From IMG/VR virus record IMGVR_UViG_3300044684_000361, positions 17,419 to 81,418 of that record: DNA of 64,000 bases. One strand, 5' to 3'. The stretch is from a virus. Under the pieces are notes generated by a model. That model was not told the DNA's origin. It saw only the letters and a program-made list of their open reading frames with translations, and made no database searches. Of the stretch, positions 61,987-64,000 are shown in pieces. Positions within the stretch are counted from its first letter, which is position 1. Every line of letters starts with the position of its first letter. Both the position numbers and the translations under genes were made by a program.

Positions 61987-62538
61987 ATGAACAAGATTCC
62001 GACCATTTTCATCCGCGACATGAGCCGGCAGCCGGCGCTCGTGACGCCTGAGTGGCATCCGGACTGCCTGTGGGTGCGAGATGGCCATGGCATCGCCACT
62101 CGCAAGTACGACGGCACGAGCTGCCTCGTGCGCGACGGCAAGCTCTACAAACGGCGCGAACTCCGGCCCGGAGACGTGGCCCCGCCCGATTTTGAGAGCC
62201 TGGGAACCGATGAGAACACCGGCAAGACGGTCGGTTGGGTACCGGTCGGAGATGGCCCGGAGGACCGCTGGCATCGCGAAGCGATCACCAACGAAAACGT
62301 ACTTCCCTACAATGGCACGTACGAGCTACTCGGGCCAAAGATCCAAGGGAACAAGGATAAGCGTGAAGTGCATGTTCTGCAGGCTCATCACATGGCCCGC
62401 ACCTACCCACTTGCGCCGCGCACGTTCGAAGGTATCAAGGCGTTTCTCGAAGAGAACGTTATCGAGGGAATCGTCTGGCATCACCCTGACGGCAGGATGG
62501 CAAAGATCAAGCGCCGCGACTTCGGCCTGAAGTGGTGA
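61987..62538 (+). CDS. RNA ligase-like nucleotidyltransferase (DUF5565-like)
   Basis: motif I ATRKYDG, TYELLGPKIQGN, EGIVW, MAKIK. Confidence 0.75.
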   Translation: MNKIPTIFIRDMSRQPALVTPEWHPDCLWVRDGHGIATRKYDGTSCLVRDGKLYKRRELRPGDVAPPDFESLGTDENTGKTVGWVPVGDGPEDRWHREAITNENVLPYNGTYELLGPKIQGNKDKREVHVLQAHHMARTYPLAPRTFEGIKAFLEENVIEGIVWHHPDGRMAKIKRRDFGLKW

Positions 62539-62605
62539 GCAACATGTCACCGGACAGTGGGCCCGCGTTCGCGGCCTTGAAGTCCTTCAAGCCGTGGAAC
62601 AAGCG

Positions 62606-62863
62606 ATGAGCATCAAAGTCGAGTGGTTCGATAGCGGGCGCGAGCCGCAATGCGCTCCGGATCCGGACTATCCGAAGGGCAAGGATCTGGACATTTCGGA
62701 CGGCTCCAAGAGCTGTTGCGCCCAACTCCCCTATCCCGCCAAACGCTGTGGCTACTTCGTCGTCGCGTGTTCGAAGTGCGGGATGAGCGTCGCTGTCACG
62801 ACTGCCGGCCGTCCCGATGATCCGCGTTCGCTGCGCATGCCCTGCAAGGAAACCCTCCAATGA
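62606..62863 (+). CDS. Cys-rich hypothetical protein
   Basis: LPYPAKRCG...CSKCG...TTAGRPDDP. Confidence 0.6.
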   Translation: MSIKVEWFDSGREPQCAPDPDYPKGKDLDISDGSKSCCAQLPYPAKRCGYFVVACSKCGMSVAVTTAGRPDDPRSLRMPCKETLQ

Positions 62864-63093
62864 GCAAAGAAGCTCTCTCTGCAGAGCAGGGAAGCCGGTT
62901 GCTGTCCAAGATCCGCCGCGCCGTCGCCGATTACATGGCCAGCGAGGGTTGCTCGTGCTGTCAAAACACTCCGGCACACGAAGAGGCGGCTGCGCGCCTC
63001 GGTAGGTTGCTGTGGGTCCCAGAATACGAGGATGGCTCGGGATATGACTTCGCGCAGTTTCGGACACCGACCAGAAAGGCCAAACGACGATGA
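62860..63093 (+). CDS. hypothetical protein
   Basis: AVADYM.SEGCSCC...Y.DGSGYDF. Confidence 0.6.
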   Translation: MSKEALSAEQGSRLLSKIRRAVADYMASEGCSCCQNTPAHEEAAARLGRLLWVPEYEDGSGYDFAQFRTPTRKAKRR

Positions 63094-63278
63094 ATGAGAC
63101 CATCCAGAGGTTAGGCGAAGACATCGCCTCGGAAGTGATCCAGTACATTGATCGTCACTATCGTGGAATGTGGGATCGCGCGGAGGTCAGCGCCAAGCAA
63201 GTCCTGCATGCCGTGATCGTCCAAGCCGTAACGCGGCGCGTCTTTGTGACAGGTGAGCAGGAGACGCCCAGTGGCTGA
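63090..63278 (+). CDS. hypothetical protein
   Basis: 62 aa, ATGA overlap. Confidence 0.5.
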   Translation: MNETIQRLGEDIASEVIQYIDRHYRGMWDRAEVSAKQVLHAVIVQAVTRRVFVTGEQETPSG

Positions 63279-63786
63279 TCTGACATCGGACCTGCGCTCC
63301 TCGGCTGTCATCAGCGACTGTGGCTTGTACCGATACGCGCTGACACGCGAGATCGATCAAGACTTCGATGATCCGGCCTATCATGGCGGCAGCGTTCTAT
63401 GGGTCATGCTCAATCCGAGCACGGCAGACGCGACCGAGAATGACCCGACGATCAGGCGCTGCATTGGCTTCAGCAAGGCGTGGGGTCGCGATTTCCTGCA
63501 TGTGGTCAATCTATACGCCTACCGGGCGACCTTGCCCAACACGCTCTGGCTCGTCGATGACCCTGTCGGCCCTGAGAACGACAACTACATCGAGCGGCTG
63601 GCTGAAGACTGCAATCTGATCGTCTGCGCCTGGGGCACGCCTGGACCTACCAAAGATCGCGCAAAGCACGTGCGAGGGCTGTTGGAGAATCGTGGTCCGG
63701 TGCATTACCTGCGCATCAACAAAGACGGCAGCCCCGGCCATCCGCTCTATTTGCCGAAGGCACTCAAGCCAACGAGGTGGGTATGA
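63271..63786 (+). CDS. DUF1643-family protein
   Basis: YRYAL.R, MLNPSTAD...NDPTIRRC, VVNLYAYRAT, CAWG, PGHPLY. Confidence 0.85.
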   Translation: MADLTSDLRSSAVISDCGLYRYALTREIDQDFDDPAYHGGSVLWVMLNPSTADATENDPTIRRCIGFSKAWGRDFLHVVNLYAYRATLPNTLWLVDDPVGPENDNYIERLAEDCNLIVCAWGTPGPTKDRAKHVRGLLENRGPVHYLRINKDGSPGHPLYLPKALKPTRWV

Positions 63787-64000
63787 GCAAAGAAGCTCCG
63801 TCCGAGAATGAGCATTTCAACAACCTGCCCCCGGATCAGGCCGAGGCGCTCGCATTGCTGGTGATGCACAGTGACCTCAAATGAGCAGGTCTATCGCGAC
63901 GCGCTTGTCGCCATCCGGGATAGACTCCAATTGCGGCGTAAAAGTCACGAAGACACTCAACGCGACAATGACTACGCATACCAGAACGCGAATGAAGCGC

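Noticed and set aside
1-64000. CRISPR array, DGR/retron reverse transcriptase, transposase, integrase, intein or intron
   Set aside because: No regularly spaced repeats, no RT (YxDD) or DDE/tyrosine recombinase motifs, no splicing signatures seen.
1-64000. Alternative genetic code
   Set aside because: Core genes are intact in the standard code and the tRNA is not a suppressor.

Overview
The whole window reads as part of one tailed dsDNA phage genome (podovirus-like, roughly 60% GC by eye) infecting a Gram-negative, probably proteobacterial, host. No host housekeeping genes are seen. A long minus-strand block (about 4.1-48.5 kb) carries, in transcription order: two HTH regulators, tRNA-Gln, many small genes, a putative glycoside hydrolase, TerS/TerL, portal, GroES, scaffold, major capsid protein, a 5-kb cassette of extra virion proteins, adaptor/tail/fibre genes, four probable ejection proteins, and a holin/GH108 endolysin/Rz-Rz1 lysis cassette. 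A mostly plus-strand block (49.4-64 kb, and also 1-4.1 kb) holds small early-type genes plus DUF932, SLOG, an RNA ligase-like protein, DUF1643, an LMW phosphatase and an AAA+ ATPase. No integrase, DNA polymerase, primase or helicase is recognisable in the window. The most notable signals are non-coding: (1) a 28-bp XerC/XerD dif-like site at the divergence point, flanked by oriented GGCCTGG repeats and next to two HTH genes; (2) a ~450-nt run of consecutive hairpins followed by a 152-nt tRNA/tmRNA-like element with an internal short ORF; (3) a family of CTGTACA promoters/operators, covarying intergenic stem-loops and shared start-associated motifs; (4) a recurrent [FYM]-A-x-G-G peptide motif in probable internal virion proteins. 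All family assignments come from motif recognition by eye, not database searches.
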